A DNA stretch of 64,000 nucleotides from an uncultured delta proteobacterium. GTDB lineage: Bacteria; Desulfobacterota; Binatia; UBA9968. The position numbers were made by a program, and so were the translations under genes. A model generated the notes under the pieces. That model was not told where the DNA came from, searched no databases, and saw only the letters and a program-made list of their open reading frames with translations. The DNA lies in assembly GCA_963728565.1 (NCBI GenBank), contig CAVSLC010000018.1, forward strand, positions 1-64,000, written 5' to 3'. Shown here piece by piece: positions 22,029-36,304 of the stretch (position 1 is its first letter; every line of letters begins with the position of its first letter).

Positions 22029-22065
22029 GACCTCGTGCCAGGATAAAAAGAAGCTTGATGGTGTT

Positions 22066-22950
22066 ATGGTGAGTCTGACTTCTCTAGTTGAAAAGCAGCT
22101 GGGTCGAGATTTCGTCATCTTCCATCCGTCGGATTTTTCCGCGGCAAGTGAAGTGGCCTTTGGCCATGCGCTCAAGATCGCGATGCAGTCAAAGGCAAAG
22201 CTCGACATCATGCACGTAGAGACACATCTTAGCCCGGAGAAGCCATACTGGCAGGACTTTCCGGCTGTGCGAGCCACCTTGAGCCGCTGGGGTATTTTGC
22301 CGGAGGGTATTGGGCGAGATGAGGTCGCCAAGGCCGGCCTCCGTATAAGGAAGGCTCTAAAATCAGGTGCCGATCCCGTCAAAACCATGCTCCGGCATTT
22401 CCGCAGACTTCCGCCGGATCTAATCGTCTTAGCTACCCACCAGAGAGAGCGCATTGAACGCTGGTTGCATAGAGCAGTCGCGGAGCCGCTCGCGCGCAGG
22501 TCGGGAGCAATGACTCTTTTCGTCCCGAACGAAACGAGAGGGTTCGTTTCAGTAAAGAACGGTTCGGTTACGCTGAAAAAAATCCTCATTCCGGTCGATC
22601 ACGATCCCGATCCGCAAACGGCGCTCAGCAAGGCATTACTTCTGGCACGGGGCCTTGAATGTATGGTGGGAGAAATTCGGCTGGTTCACATCGGGCCGCG
22701 CGGAACGGCACCGGTGATTGATACCCCGTACAGGACCGGGTGGTCGTATGACACCGTTGTGAGACAAGGCGATGTGGTCGATGAAATCGTAAAAGCTGAA
22801 CATGAGTGGCGTCCTGACCTTATGGTGCTCGCAACGCAGGGACATCTGGATTTCCTAGATGCCTTGCGCGGAAGCACAACTGAAAGAGTACTGCGGAGCG
22901 TGCACTGTCCCGTTCTCGCTGTTCCGGCTCGGAGATTCGGCCAGTCTTGA
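22066..22950 (+). CDS. Tandem-domain universal stress protein
   Basis: IFHPSDFS, DLIVLAT, GSTTERVLRSVHCPVLAV. Confidence 0.88.
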   Translation: MVSLTSLVEKQLGRDFVIFHPSDFSAASEVAFGHALKIAMQSKAKLDIMHVETHLSPEKPYWQDFPAVRATLSRWGILPEGIGRDEVAKAGLRIRKALKSGADPVKTMLRHFRRLPPDLIVLATHQRERIERWLHRAVAEPLARRSGAMTLFVPNETRGFVSVKNGSVTLKKILIPVDHDPDPQTALSKALLLARGLECMVGEIRLVHIGPRGTAPVIDTPYRTGWSYDTVVRQGDVVDEIVKAEHEWRPDLMVLATQGHLDFLDALRGSTTERVLRSVHCPVLAVPARRFGQS

Positions 22951-22992
22951 GCGCAAGAAGCATACCCGGATGAAGTTATCAGCCCTATGAAG

Positions 22993-23021
22993 TTGACACG
23001 CAAATATTGCGGCTTTAGACT
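22993..23021 (+). promoter_or_regulatory. Sigma70-type promoter of the leader-cusCBA unit
   Basis: TTGACA-N17-TAGACT. Confidence 0.55.
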
Positions 23022-23038
23022 GCGCGCAAGGTAATACG

Positions 23039-23389
23039 TTGCGTCGGTATAAAATCATTCCCGTAGTACTTTTAGCATTCTACGCTCTTTGTACGGTGTG
23101 TCCTGAGCGAGCGCGTCCGGCGCTGGCTTTGCAAACAGCCGCTGCGAGTGAAGCTCATGACTGTCACAACCGCGGCAAGCAGAAGCCGGAATCTAATTGC
23201 CCCGCGGCGTTCTCTGAATTTCTGCCGACTTCCGAAGTTAAATTTTCGCACGTAGTAACTGTACATGCGCTATTACTGCCGCTGCATGTTCTCTCGGTTG
23301 CATTCGATTTTTCGCTTCGTCTCAGGACGACACACTTTTCTACCGCGGGTCCTCCGATCCCTTCTCTGAAAATTAACCTGCGCATCTAA
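23039..23389 (+). CDS. Exported Cys/His leader-type protein ending AGPP...LRI
   Basis: Hydrophobic N-terminus with CTVC, HDCH, C-terminal TAGPPIPSLKINLRI. Confidence 0.6.
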   Translation: MRRYKIIPVVLLAFYALCTVCPERARPALALQTAAASEAHDCHNRGKQKPESNCPAAFSEFLPTSEVKFSHVVTVHALLLPLHVLSVAFDFSLRLRTTHFSTAGPPIPSLKINLRI

Positions 23390-23586
23390 AATCTCCCTCA
23401 CTTTCGCCGGCGTGCTTCCGGGATCGCTCACGAGTGACACGTGCTTAGCTTGCTCATTCTAAGCGCCATTGGTGACCTTCCGAGCAATACCGGACTTACG
23501 TCTCAGGGCATCTGTTTGTGCGCTGCCAGGCCGGTGGCGCGCGTGTGCGTCCCGATAATTTGTAGTTGCCCGATCTGAACGGAGGA

Positions 23587-24864
23587 ATGATGTTCAAGTT
23601 TTCCTTTGGCTCCAGAGTTTCAGTTACGTCTCTGCTGATTTTTCAGCTTGGCTTCACCGCTACTGCTTCTGAAACGCCGCTAACGCTGGCGGCAGCGGTA
23701 AAGCAAGCGCTTGAAAAAAGTCCCGAAATTCAACAGCTGCAACATCGGGTGCGCGGCCTCGAGGCCAAAGCAAAGCAAGCACCGTATCTGGATGATCCAC
23801 AAATCGCATTTCAGGTCGGCGGTGTGCCGCTATCGAACCCGACCAGCTTTAATCAGGCGGATGCGAACTCGATCGGCATACGCCAGATGGTACCGTTCTT
23901 CGGCAAGCTCGGCCTCAAAGAAAAGATCGCCCAACGCGAAGCCAACATTGCCGAGCAGGAGATTCGCGCCAAGGAAAGAGAGATCATATCGATGGTCAAA
24001 ATGGCTTATGCCGACCTTTTCATGGCGGATAGATCGATTGAAATTCTGCGCGAGCAGCTCGAGATCTTGCGCACGGTGATTGGTGCCACGGAGGCACGCT
24101 ACCGGGTGGGCAGAGTGACCCAACAGGACGTTTTCAAGGCGCAACTGGAACAAAGCGAAATTCTCAACCAGCTGATCGTTGCCGAAGAAGAAGTCAGCGT
24201 CTCTACGGTGAAGCTCAACACGGCGATGTATCGCCCGCCACGATCGCCGATTCAGATTCCTACGGATCTCGAGCCCGGCGATATCGCGGTGGACGCTTCC
24301 GGTCTCGATGAGCTGGCGCTGGCGAACCGCCCGGAGTTGCGCGGCGCGCAACAGGAGATCGAGCGGGCCGAAGTGATGTACGAATTGGCGGACCGGAACC
24401 GGAAATACCCTGATTTCATGGTTGGCTGGGACTACATGCGAATGCCCACTGAAATGAATAAAGATCGTTATGCGGCCATGGTGAATATCACCATCCCCTT
24501 TTCTCCCTGGACTGCCGGGAAACGCACCTATGAGGTCGAAGAGAGTCTGGCAGAGATTCGCGCTGCGAAATCCAGTCGCGAAGCAATGAGAAATATGACC
24601 GTGAAGGAAGTCGCGCAAGCGGAGGCGAAAGTGCGGGCGGCAAAGCGATCCTTGCAGCTCTATCGTGAGGGGCTGTTGTCGCAAGCCGAGCTGTCCTTCA
24701 GATCCGCTCTCGCCGCTTATCAGACGGGACGGGTGGAGTTCGTAAATCTGCTCGAAGCCCAACGAGCGCTGCGGGAAGCCCGGATGGGTTACTACAAAGC
24801 CACGGTTAGCTTCGTGCAAAACCTCGCCGATCTCGAACGGGCCGTCGGCAGGGATCTGCAATAG
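23587..24864 (+). CDS. TolC-family outer membrane factor (CusC-like)
   Basis: Two OEP repeats; first gene of the OMF-MFP-RND triad. Confidence 0.85.
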   Translation: MMFKFSFGSRVSVTSLLIFQLGFTATASETPLTLAAAVKQALEKSPEIQQLQHRVRGLEAKAKQAPYLDDPQIAFQVGGVPLSNPTSFNQADANSIGIRQMVPFFGKLGLKEKIAQREANIAEQEIRAKEREIISMVKMAYADLFMADRSIEILREQLEILRTVIGATEARYRVGRVTQQDVFKAQLEQSEILNQLIVAEEEVSVSTVKLNTAMYRPPRSPIQIPTDLEPGDIAVDASGLDELALANRPELRGAQQEIERAEVMYELADRNRKYPDFMVGWDYMRMPTEMNKDRYAAMVNITIPFSPWTAGKRTYEVEESLAEIRAAKSSREAMRNMTVKEVAQAEAKVRAAKRSLQLYREGLLSQAELSFRSALAAYQTGRVEFVNLLEAQRALREARMGYYKATVSFVQNLADLERAVGRDLQ

Positions 24865-24914
24865 TTAGCGAGATTTAGGTCAGGTTGAATAAGAGCTTAG
24901 TCGGGAGATCGAAT

Positions 24915-26468
24915 ATGAAGATGCTAAAGGTTTTGGGAGCTCTGATCGTGTTCGCGGGAGTATTTGCGATCGGCTATTGGCGAGGGCAGAGCGATCCGAA
25001 AGCAAATCGCGAGTCGTCCGATCATGCCGATACGGCAACGGCCAGCGGCAGTCAATCCATGCAGGGGCACGATATGACTTCGGCCGGAGTCAACGTAAGT
25101 CCTGAAAGGCAGCAAATGGTGGGTATGCGAATGGCAACCGCCGAGATCCGGCCGATGATCCAAAAGATTCGGACGGTTGGCATCGTAACGTATGACGAGA
25201 CCCGGGTCGCCCAAGTCTTCAGTAAAGTTGAAGGTTGGATCGAAAAACTCCTGGTGAATTACACCGGAACTCTCGTGCGCCAGGGACAGCCGCTGTTTAC
25301 TTTGTACAGTCCGGACTTAGTCGCCACCCAAGAGGAATATCTTCTGGCTCTCAATGCAAAAAAAACACTCGGGTCAAGCTCCATAAAAGAAATCAGTGCA
25401 GGATCCGATGCGCTTTTGGAATCGGCGCACCGCCGGCTTAGCCTGTGGGATATTTCAGAGGAGCAGATCAACAATCTGGAGAAAACCGGCAAACCTCAGA
25501 GAACGCTAACCTTCTTCGCGCCGATCAGCGGTTTTGTGATCAAGAAGGACGCTGTTCAAGGAATGAGGGTCATGCCGGATAAAGAGCTCTATACGATCAC
25601 TGATTTATCCACCGTCTGGGTGAATGCGGATATCTATGAATATGAGCTCGCTCATATTCGCGTCGGCCAAAAGGCAAAGATGAACGTCGTTTCGTATCCA
25701 GCGCGGGATTTTGTCGGCAAGGTCTCGTGGATCTCTCCGGTTCTCGAAGAAAAAACTCGAACGGCGAAAGTTCGATTGGAGTTTTCAAACCGCGACTTCA
25801 TTTTAAAGCCGGAGATGTATGCGAATGCAGAAATAGAAATCAACGCCGGTCGGAAGCTGGCTGTGCCTGACGAAGCGGTTTTGGACTCCGGCCTAAGAAA
25901 AGTCGTATTTCTGGACAAAGGCGAAGGCCGGTTCGAGCCGGCTGAAGTGAAAGTCGGCAACAAATTCGACGGTTACTATGAAATCCTTGCGGGACTCTCT
26001 CCCGGAGAACGCATTCTCGCGAGCGCCAGCTTCTTGTTAGATTCGGAAAGCCGACTGAAAGAAGCGATGGGCGCCATGGCCGGAATGGCGGGCATGCCGG
26101 GCATGGAAGGAATGAAGGGGATGGAGTCAAAGCCCCCGTTGAAAAGCGGTCCGCAGGAAAAGAAAGTACAGGACTTGACGCTAACCTTACTCACCCAGCC
26201 TGAGAAGCCCAAAGCGGGAGAAAATGTCATTCGGCTAAAGATCGCAGACAAGTCCGGACAGCCGATCAAGGATGCGCAGGTCTCTTTTGTCTTCAACATG
26301 ACGATGCCAGGAATGGTTCCGTCCAGAGGAGAAGGGAAGCTGTCACAAGACGGATTCTATGAAACCAAAGCGATGTTAGCGATGGCCGGGCAGTGGGAAG
26401 TTTCCGTCAATGTGCGGCGACCAGGCGGGAAGGAGATCCAGGAGAAGTTCAGTTTAGTTGCACAATAG
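24915..26468 (+). CDS. cusB: CusB-type periplasmic adaptor with C-terminal YtkA/FixH-like domain
   Basis: [29 protein letters not shown]; Met-rich linker; NMTMPGM. Confidence 0.85.
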   Translation: MKMLKVLGALIVFAGVFAIGYWRGQSDPKANRESSDHADTATASGSQSMQGHDMTSAGVNVSPERQQMVGMRMATAEIRPMIQKIRTVGIVTYDETRVAQVFSKVEGWIEKLLVNYTGTLVRQGQPLFTLYSPDLVATQEEYLLALNAKKTLGSSSIKEISAGSDALLESAHRRLSLWDISEEQINNLEKTGKPQRTLTFFAPISGFVIKKDAVQGMRVMPDKELYTITDLSTVWVNADIYEYELAHIRVGQKAKMNVVSYPARDFVGKVSWISPVLEEKTRTAKVRLEFSNRDFILKPEMYANAEIEINAGRKLAVPDEAVLDSGLRKVVFLDKGEGRFEPAEVKVGNKFDGYYEILAGLSPGERILASASFLLDSESRLKEAMGAMAGMAGMPGMEGMKGMESKPPLKSGPQEKKVQDLTLTLLTQPEKPKAGENVIRLKIADKSGQPIKDAQVSFVFNMTMPGMVPSRGEGKLSQDGFYETKAMLAMAGQWEVSVNVRRPGGKEIQEKFSLVAQ

Positions 26469-26481
26469 TAGCGAGTCAGAA

Positions 26482-29400
26482 ATGATCGAAAAAATCATCG
26501 AAGCAAGTGCGAGGAACAGATTCCTCGTGTTTCTCATGGTGGGTTTTCTAACCGCCATGGGTATCTGGGCGTTGAAGAACACGCCGTTGGATGCCGTGCC
26601 GGATCTATCCGACGTTCAGGTGATCGTCTACACGCCGTGGATGGGACGAAACCCGACGATCATCGAGGATCAGGTCACTTACCCGATCGTTACGACCATG
26701 ATCTCGGCTCCCAAAGTGAAATTTGTCCGGGGCTTTTCCGATTTCGGATTTTCCTACGTTTACATCATCTTCGAAGATGGCACCGACATTTACTGGGCGA
26801 GAAGCCGAGTTCTCGAATATCTGAATCAGGTGAGTGGTAGGCTGCCGAAGGGTGTTGCCCCCGCTCTAGGACCCGACGCATCGGGGGTGGGTTGGGTCTT
26901 TCAATATGCTTTGGTTGATACCACCGGCAAATATGACTTGGCACAATTGCGCAGCCTGCAGGACTGGTATCTGCGCTACCAGATCGCGAGCGTGGAAGGA
27001 GTCGCAGAGGTCGCCAGCTTGGGCGGCTTTGTGCGCCAGTATCAAGTCAACATCGACCCGAACCGTTTGGCGGCCTATCGTCTTTCGCCCAAAACGGTCG
27101 TGGACGCCATTCGCATGAGCAATAACGAGGTCGGCGGCCGTTCCATCGAATTGAGCGGCGCCGAATACATGATTCGAGGGAGCGGTTATATTCGATCGAC
27201 CAAGGACATCGAAACGATCGCAGTGGCTGGTGAGCACGGGCACGCCAGTCCTCATTCGGGATATCGGCTCAGTGACTTTGGGACCTGATATGCGGCGCGG
27301 CATAGCTGAACTTAACGGCACCGGCGAGGTCGTAAGCGGCATCGTAGTCATGCGCTACGGTGAGAATGCTCTCAACTTGATCGAACGGGTCAAACAGAAA
27401 ATCAAAGAGATCGAGCCTTCTCTCCCGCCCGGGATAAAGATCGTCACGACTTATGATCGCTCCGATCTTATTCTCAGGTCCATCGCCACTCTCAAGGAAA
27501 AACTGATTGAAGAAAGTTTGATTGTCAGCGCCGTCATCATACTCTTCCTCTTTCATATTCCGAGCGCCTTGGTAGTCATCATCACGCTGCCGATCGCGAT
27601 CATCATCTCTTTTATCGCGATGCATTTGCTCAATCTGACTACCAATATCATGTCCTTGGGCGGTATCGCCATTGCAATCGGCGCGATGGTAGACGCCGCG
27701 ATCATCATGGTGGAGAACGCCCATAAGCGGCTGGAGCACTGGGAGGAGACGGGACGGCCCGGCAGCCGGACGGAGGTTCTCATCGAAGCTGCAAAGGAGG
27801 TCGGGAAACCTCTGTTCTTTTCCCTGCTCATCATCACGGTTTCTTTCCTGCCGATCTTTACGCTGGAATCTCAAGAAGGAAGACTGTTCAAGCCCTTAGC
27901 CTTCACCAAGACTTTTGCGATGTTCTTTGCCGCTTTTCTGTCCATCACCCTCGCTCCTGTACTGCTAGTGTTGCTGGTTCGTGGTCGTGTTCGCCCGGAG
28001 GCCCGAAATCCGGTGAACCGGTTTCTGATCGCTGTTTACATGCCGGTGATCCATTGGGTGCTGCGGTTTAGAAAGAGCACGATTGCGCTTGCGCTTCTGG
28101 CGCTCATTCTTACGGTCCCAGCTTTTATGCGCCTGGGCTCGGAGTTCATGCCGCCGTTAAACGAAGGAATGATCTTTTACATGCCGACGACGCTGCCGGG
28201 AATTTCAGTGACCCAGTCGGCTAGGCTGCTTCAGATGCAAGACAGGATCCTAAAGAGCTTTCCTGAAGTGGAATGGGTTTTCGGCAAAGCCGGCAGGGCT
28301 GAAACCTCGACGGATCCGGCGCCGTTCAGCATGGGTGAAACGACGGTCATGCTGAAACCGGAGTCCGAGTGGCGGCAAATTCCCGTGGATCGGTCCGGCT
28401 GGCCTAGCCCACTTATACCCGTTGGCGATCTCCTCTTCGGCAAGACACGCGCTATCACATGGGACGAGCTGGTCGCGGAGATGGACAAGAAGCTCCGGCT
28501 ACCAGGCGTGGCGAACGCCTGGACCATGCCGATCAAGAACCGTATCGACATGCTTTCCACCGGAATCCGCACGCCGATCGGCATTAAAATCTTCGGTCCT
28601 GACCTGGGCAAAATCGAAGAGATCGGCAAGAATCTGGAGGCGGCGCTTCAAATGATACCGGGCACGCGAACGGTATTCGCGGAGAGGGTCACAGGGGGTT
28701 ACTACCTCGATTTTGAATTGAAGCGTGACGAGATCGCGCGCTACGGTTTAGCGATCGAGGAGATCCAGATGCTTATCGAATCGGTCATCGGCGGCGAGAG
28801 CATCACGACGACGGTGGAGGGGCGAGAGCGCTACCCCGTCAGCGTGCGCTACGGCAGGGAACTGCGCGATGATCCCGAAAGATTAAAGCGCATCCTGATT
28901 CCCACTATGAATGGAGCGCAGGTGCCTCTGGGCCAACTGGCAGATCTTCGGCTGAGTTCCGGACCCGCGATGATCCGTGACGAAGATGCTCAGCTCGCGG
29001 GATATGTTTATGTCGATATGACTGGCCGGGATATCGGTAGCTATGTGGAAGAGGCGAAGAAGAAAGTGCTAGAGCAGGTCCAGCTCCCGACCGGGTATAC
29101 ACTTTTATGGAGCGGTCAGTATGAATACATGCAGCGAGCCAAAGAGCGGCTGATCTATGTTGTGCCGCTTACCCTGCTGATTATTTTTTTGTTGCTCTAC
29201 ATCAACTTCAAGTCGGTGGCACAATGCGCGATCGTGCTGTTGGCGGTTCCTTTCTCCATGATCGGAGCTGTCTGGTTGCTTTATCTATTGGATTACAACA
29301 TGAGCGTGGCTGTCTGGGTAGGGGTCATCGCCTTGGCCGGTGTCGACGCCGAAACCGGCGTCATCATGCTTCTCTATCTGGAGCACGCGTACGAAAAATG

Positions 29401-29683
29401 GCGCAGTGAAGGGCGCATGCGAACGATCAAGGATCTCCATGAAGCGATTATCGAAGGCGCGGTGAAACGAATACGACCGAAGGTGATGACGATTATGGCG
29501 ATTTTGATGGGCCTGCTCCCCATCATGTGGAGCCACGGCGCCGGGGCTGACGTGATGAAACGGATCGCGGCGCCGATGATCGGCGGGGTCATCACGTCCT
29601 TTCTGCTCGAGCTTCTGGTGTACCCGGCTATATTTGACGTGTGGAGGGGTTGGAAGATCAGACGCGCTATGCGCGACGTCTGA
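26482..29683 (+). CDS. cusA: CusA/CzcA heavy-metal RND pump (frameshift near 27230)
   Basis: [46 protein letters not shown]. Confidence 0.93.
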
Positions 29684-29761
29684 GAGACCGATACTCTGAG
29701 GCGGCGGCGGAGTAAAAAGATTCCTGTCAGGTTGGGCCCTTTGAATCAGCCGAATCTGACG

Positions 29762-29788
29762 GTGTAATCGAATCGCTGGTCTTGCGTC
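29762..29788 (+). promoter_or_regulatory. Putative ECF promoter GTGTAAT-N14-TGCGTC
   Basis: Same motif as 16952; about 40 nt upstream of the copA ATG. Confidence 0.65.
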
Positions 29789-29827
29789 AGCAAGGCTGAG
29801 AGTCAAAATCACAACTAGGAGATCAGT

Positions 29828-32503
<2,676 letters not shown>

Positions 32504-32632
32504 TTTTGCTGCGGTTGATGCGGCCAACCCGTGGAATCTTCACCCCTAATCGTCGGCCCAGCTAACTGCGGCGACGCCTATGCCGCATGTATTGAGTTGC
32601 AGTGATGGCGAAAGGCGAATCCGGATCGAACT

Positions 32633-32664
32633 GAGAGGACGAGCACGAGCACGAACACGAACAC
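32633..32664. repeat. Degenerate hexamer tandem repeat
   Basis: gaggac gagcac gagcac gaacac gaacac. Confidence 0.55.
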
Positions 32665-32737
32665 GGTTTTCGTTGATTTGATTGCGCTGGGCAAAAAGAT
32701 AGTGCTGTGCTAGTACCAGCCAAAGATTGAGGCCAAT

Positions 32738-33761
32738 ATGACTATGTCGATTCGATTGCGATTGTTTCTCGCTCCGATCTTAATCATCGTGATTTTTCTA
32801 GCCGCCTGAGTCGAGTCCGGCCTCTGGCGAACTGCTGGTCGCCTACGGCGGGCATAACGAGACCATGGCGCCGATGTGGGTGGGCGTTGATCGAGGTTTG
32901 TTCAAAAAGCACGGTGTCGATCCGCGAGTGTTGCAGACCCGCAGCGGGCCGATCATGATGGCGACCCTGGCTTCGGGCGGAGCCCCTCTGGTTTGGGCGG
33001 CGCCGACCAGCGCCATCAGCGCGGCGCTGGGAGGAATGAAGCTCGGGTGCTTCGCAGTCGGCAACGATAGAATTCCCCGCGAGTTGATCGCCCGCAAGGG
33101 GATCGAATCGCTGGATGATTTGCGCGGTAAAACCTTCGGCGTTCAAAGCATCGGCGGCGGCTTCTGGTTGGCCACCATGGCCGTGCTCAACGGGCTCGAC
33201 ATCGATCCGGACAAGTACAAGCTCAGTATGCGGGTGATTGGCGATACTGGAACTGTGACGCAAGCCCTGACCACCGGCAATATCGACGCTGCGGTGGTGC
33301 CTTATAGTTTTGCCGATATGGCCAAGAGGGCCGGCGCCCGCTCATTGGCGGATGCGGGCACGGTAAAACTCGTTTATCAGGGCACAGCGATGTGTGCGCG
33401 GAAAGATTCTACCGCCATTAGTAATGAAACGATGATCGGATTGGCCAAAGGAATTGTCGAAGCGCTGGTTTATATCCAAGAGCCGGCAAATAAGCGTGAT
33501 GTGTCCGAGATTCTCAAGAAGCATCTCCGCCTGACAAGAGACGAAGATATCGAAGCATCATACAAAGTGACACGTTTACAGATGACAGCTTTGGATATCG
33601 CCCCCAACGGCGAGGCTTGGCGAAGAATCCAGCGCCTGCTCACACGGGTCAATCCTAAAGTTAAGGAGGCGGATCTGGATCAGTTACTGGTGAGCAACGC
33701 AGCACGGACTTTGGAGGAGAGCGGCTTCTTGCCCGAGATGAGAAAGAGACTCGGAAGGTAA
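32738..33761 (+). CDS. NMT1/SsuA-type ABC substrate-binding protein (5' frameshift)
   Basis: PMWVGVDRGLFKKHGVD, DLRGKTFG. Confidence 0.8.
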
Positions 33762-33889
33762 TGAATTGCGACTAGGAACCAAGCGAGCGGTCTCGTGTTG
33801 CTGCTCATGCATCGTGACCTGAGATGAGCTTAGCTGAGGAGCACGAACAGGTTGGCGTGAACCGGATCAGACAGGAAGGAGATTGAATC

Positions 33890-35602
33890 ATGCAAGGTGG
33901 ACAGGCAATGTTGAAGGCGATCGAGCGAAGCGGCGTCGATTACATTCTTTCTTCTCCGGGCTCGGAATGGCCGCCGGTCTGGGAAGCCTTGGCCGAGGCG
34001 GCGGCGCGTGGAGCGCAAAAGCCGAAGTACATCAACTGTCGCCACGAAGCCGTCGCTGTCGCGATGGCGGCGGGTTACACGAAAGTGACCAATCGGCCGC
34101 AAGTGGTAATGCTGCACGCTACGGCTGGTCCGCTCAATGCGGCCATGACTTTGCGCGCGGCCTTACACGAGCGTACGCCGATGGTGATCCTCAGCGGTGA
34201 AATCGCCGCCTACGGTGAGAATACGCGCGTTGCCGACCCGGGCGGTCAGTGGCTACACGATCTCACGGATCTCGGCGGCTCACCGGATTTGCTCAGAGGC
34301 TGCGTCAAGTGGGCGGATCGGATTTCTTCCGCCGAGCTGTTGGCGCCAACGATAGAGCGCGCCATGCAGATTGCCGTTGAGCCACCGGCGGGTCCGGTGC
34401 TTATCGGCATCCCATTCGAATGCATGATGGAAGAAGTTCAGTGGATCGAGCATGGCAAAGCCAACGAAGTCGTGCGCTCGGTGGCAGTAGACGATAAGGC
34501 TATAGATCAGGCGCTAAAGCTCATTGCCAGTGCAAAGAATCCCGTCGCAGTCACGGAATATGTCGGTGGCGATCCGCGCGCTGTTGAGAGGCTCGTGCAG
34601 CTTTGTGAATTGTTTTCCATTCCGGTGATGGAAACGTACCGGCCGGCATTCGTGAATTTTCCGCGCAGTCATCCACTTTATTTGCATCATGACGCGAAGG
34701 CCATCGATGCGGCGGATTTGATACTGATGGTGGAAGCTGTGACACCCTGGTATCCGGCGAGCAAGTCGCCCAAGAACGCCAAAGTCATCGCCATTGCCGC
34801 AGAGTTTCCCAATTCGCGGCTCCCTTACTGGGGCTACAATGTCGACCTAGCTCTAGTGGCGCCGCCGGCGCAGACGCTGGAGAAAATAGTAACCAAAGCA
34901 AAAGCGTCCGAAGAAGTCGCCAGCAATCGCGCGGCTTACGAACAACGCCTAGGGCGCACGCGCGAAAAACATGACGATCATTTCGGCAAGTTGAATACTG
35001 AAGCCCGAAAACATGCCGATGACACGCCGATTGACCCAAGATGGCTGTGTCATGCGTTGGCCGAGGCGTTGCCCGAGAACTCGGTGATCTCGGAAGAGAC
35101 CACGGTTTATCGCACCCTCATACAGGAAGCGATCCCACGCAACCAGCCGCAATCATATTTTGCCCGAATCACCGGCGGGCTCGGCGTCGGTTTAAGCTAT
35201 GCGTTGGGCGTAAAATTAGCGATGCCCGACCGGCCCGTGTTCGCGCTGATCGGCGATGGCGCGTTTCACTACAATGCCGTGCCGTCATGCCTTGGGGTCG
35301 CTGAAGAATATCAGCTGCCGATCCATGTGGTGGTTTTCAACAATGGCCGCTACTTGTCCATGGAAACCAGCCTGATCAAATATTTCCCGGAGGGCGCAGC
35401 GAAAAAGACCGGAGTTCACTTTGGCGCCAACATCGCACCGCATCCGGACTACCAGTATTATGCCCAAGCGCACGGCGGTCGCGGATTCCGGGTGACGCGG
35501 CCGGATCAAATCAAGACGGCAGTGGAGCAGGCGCTGGTGCAAGAAAGGGAAGGCAAACTCACAGTGATCGATGTCGTTCTCAGCGATTTCAATCCGCGAT
35601 AG
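33890..35602 (+). CDS. Thiamine pyrophosphate-dependent enzyme
   Basis: RHEAVAVAMAAGY; GDG...NN TPP motif. Confidence 0.9.
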   Translation: MQGGQAMLKAIERSGVDYILSSPGSEWPPVWEALAEAAARGAQKPKYINCRHEAVAVAMAAGYTKVTNRPQVVMLHATAGPLNAAMTLRAALHERTPMVILSGEIAAYGENTRVADPGGQWLHDLTDLGGSPDLLRGCVKWADRISSAELLAPTIERAMQIAVEPPAGPVLIGIPFECMMEEVQWIEHGKANEVVRSVAVDDKAIDQALKLIASAKNPVAVTEYVGGDPRAVERLVQLCELFSIPVMETYRPAFVNFPRSHPLYLHHDAKAIDAADLILMVEAVTPWYPASKSPKNAKVIAIAAEFPNSRLPYWGYNVDLALVAPPAQTLEKIVTKAKASEEVASNRAAYEQRLGRTREKHDDHFGKLNTEARKHADDTPIDPRWLCHALAEALPENSVISEETTVYRTLIQEAIPRNQPQSYFARITGGLGVGLSYALGVKLAMPDRPVFALIGDGAFHYNAVPSCLGVAEEYQLPIHVVVFNNGRYLSMETSLIKYFPEGAAKKTGVHFGANIAPHPDYQYYAQAHGGRGFRVTRPDQIKTAVEQALVQEREGKLTVIDVVLSDFNPR

Positions 35603-36304
35603 CGCGGCAGAGAGGGATAAACGAACGGCGGGTTTGAGCAGCTAAGGAGAGTTTCTTTTGTTTTTCGGCTGATGTTTGGATACGGCGGTTTTCTTGCGCA
35701 TCCCAGTACGCTGCTTCGCCGGCAGTGTTTTCTTTACGCGGGAAACAGTCGGGGGTAATCCCAACTTTGTTTTTCTTGTTGTTTCCTGCTCCGTTTGCAT
35801 CACCAGAGGTTGGCCTACAGCCCACTCGGTAACCGGGTCTTTCTTGCTTTTGTTGGGATGCCGCATAGCTTCTATGATGTCACAGTTGTAGTATCTTTCC
35901 AATACCAGAGCGCTGCATGTAACTTTCGGTTAAGTACATATCCTTGGACCGGCTCCATCCGGATGGCATCATGGCGCCGGCACGCATTGGCTCACTACCT
36001 CATTTCGTTAGAAAAGATGCCGTGATTTAAAGCGACCGCGCGAGGGGCCGAGCCAGGCGCTTCAGGGTTAAATCCATGCTTCGTGATCAGCATCTTTTTC
36101 TTACCATGGGCATAGCCTTTGGTAGTCGCAATGCTTTTTCGGTTTTCTTACTCGCGGTGATTGACGTTAAGAGCGGCGGTTTTTATCTGGACAGCGGGCT
36201 CGCGCAGAAGCAGATGAGCTCGGTGACACCACAAAGCAAATGATACTTCTAGTTGTTATCCCGTTTGTTTATCCACTCACGATAACAAGTGTAAGCACGT
36301 TTGG

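Noticed and set aside
35602-36300. Lys-rich small ORF (35642-35902) or ncRNA
   Set aside because: No recognisable motif or structure; cannot be supported.
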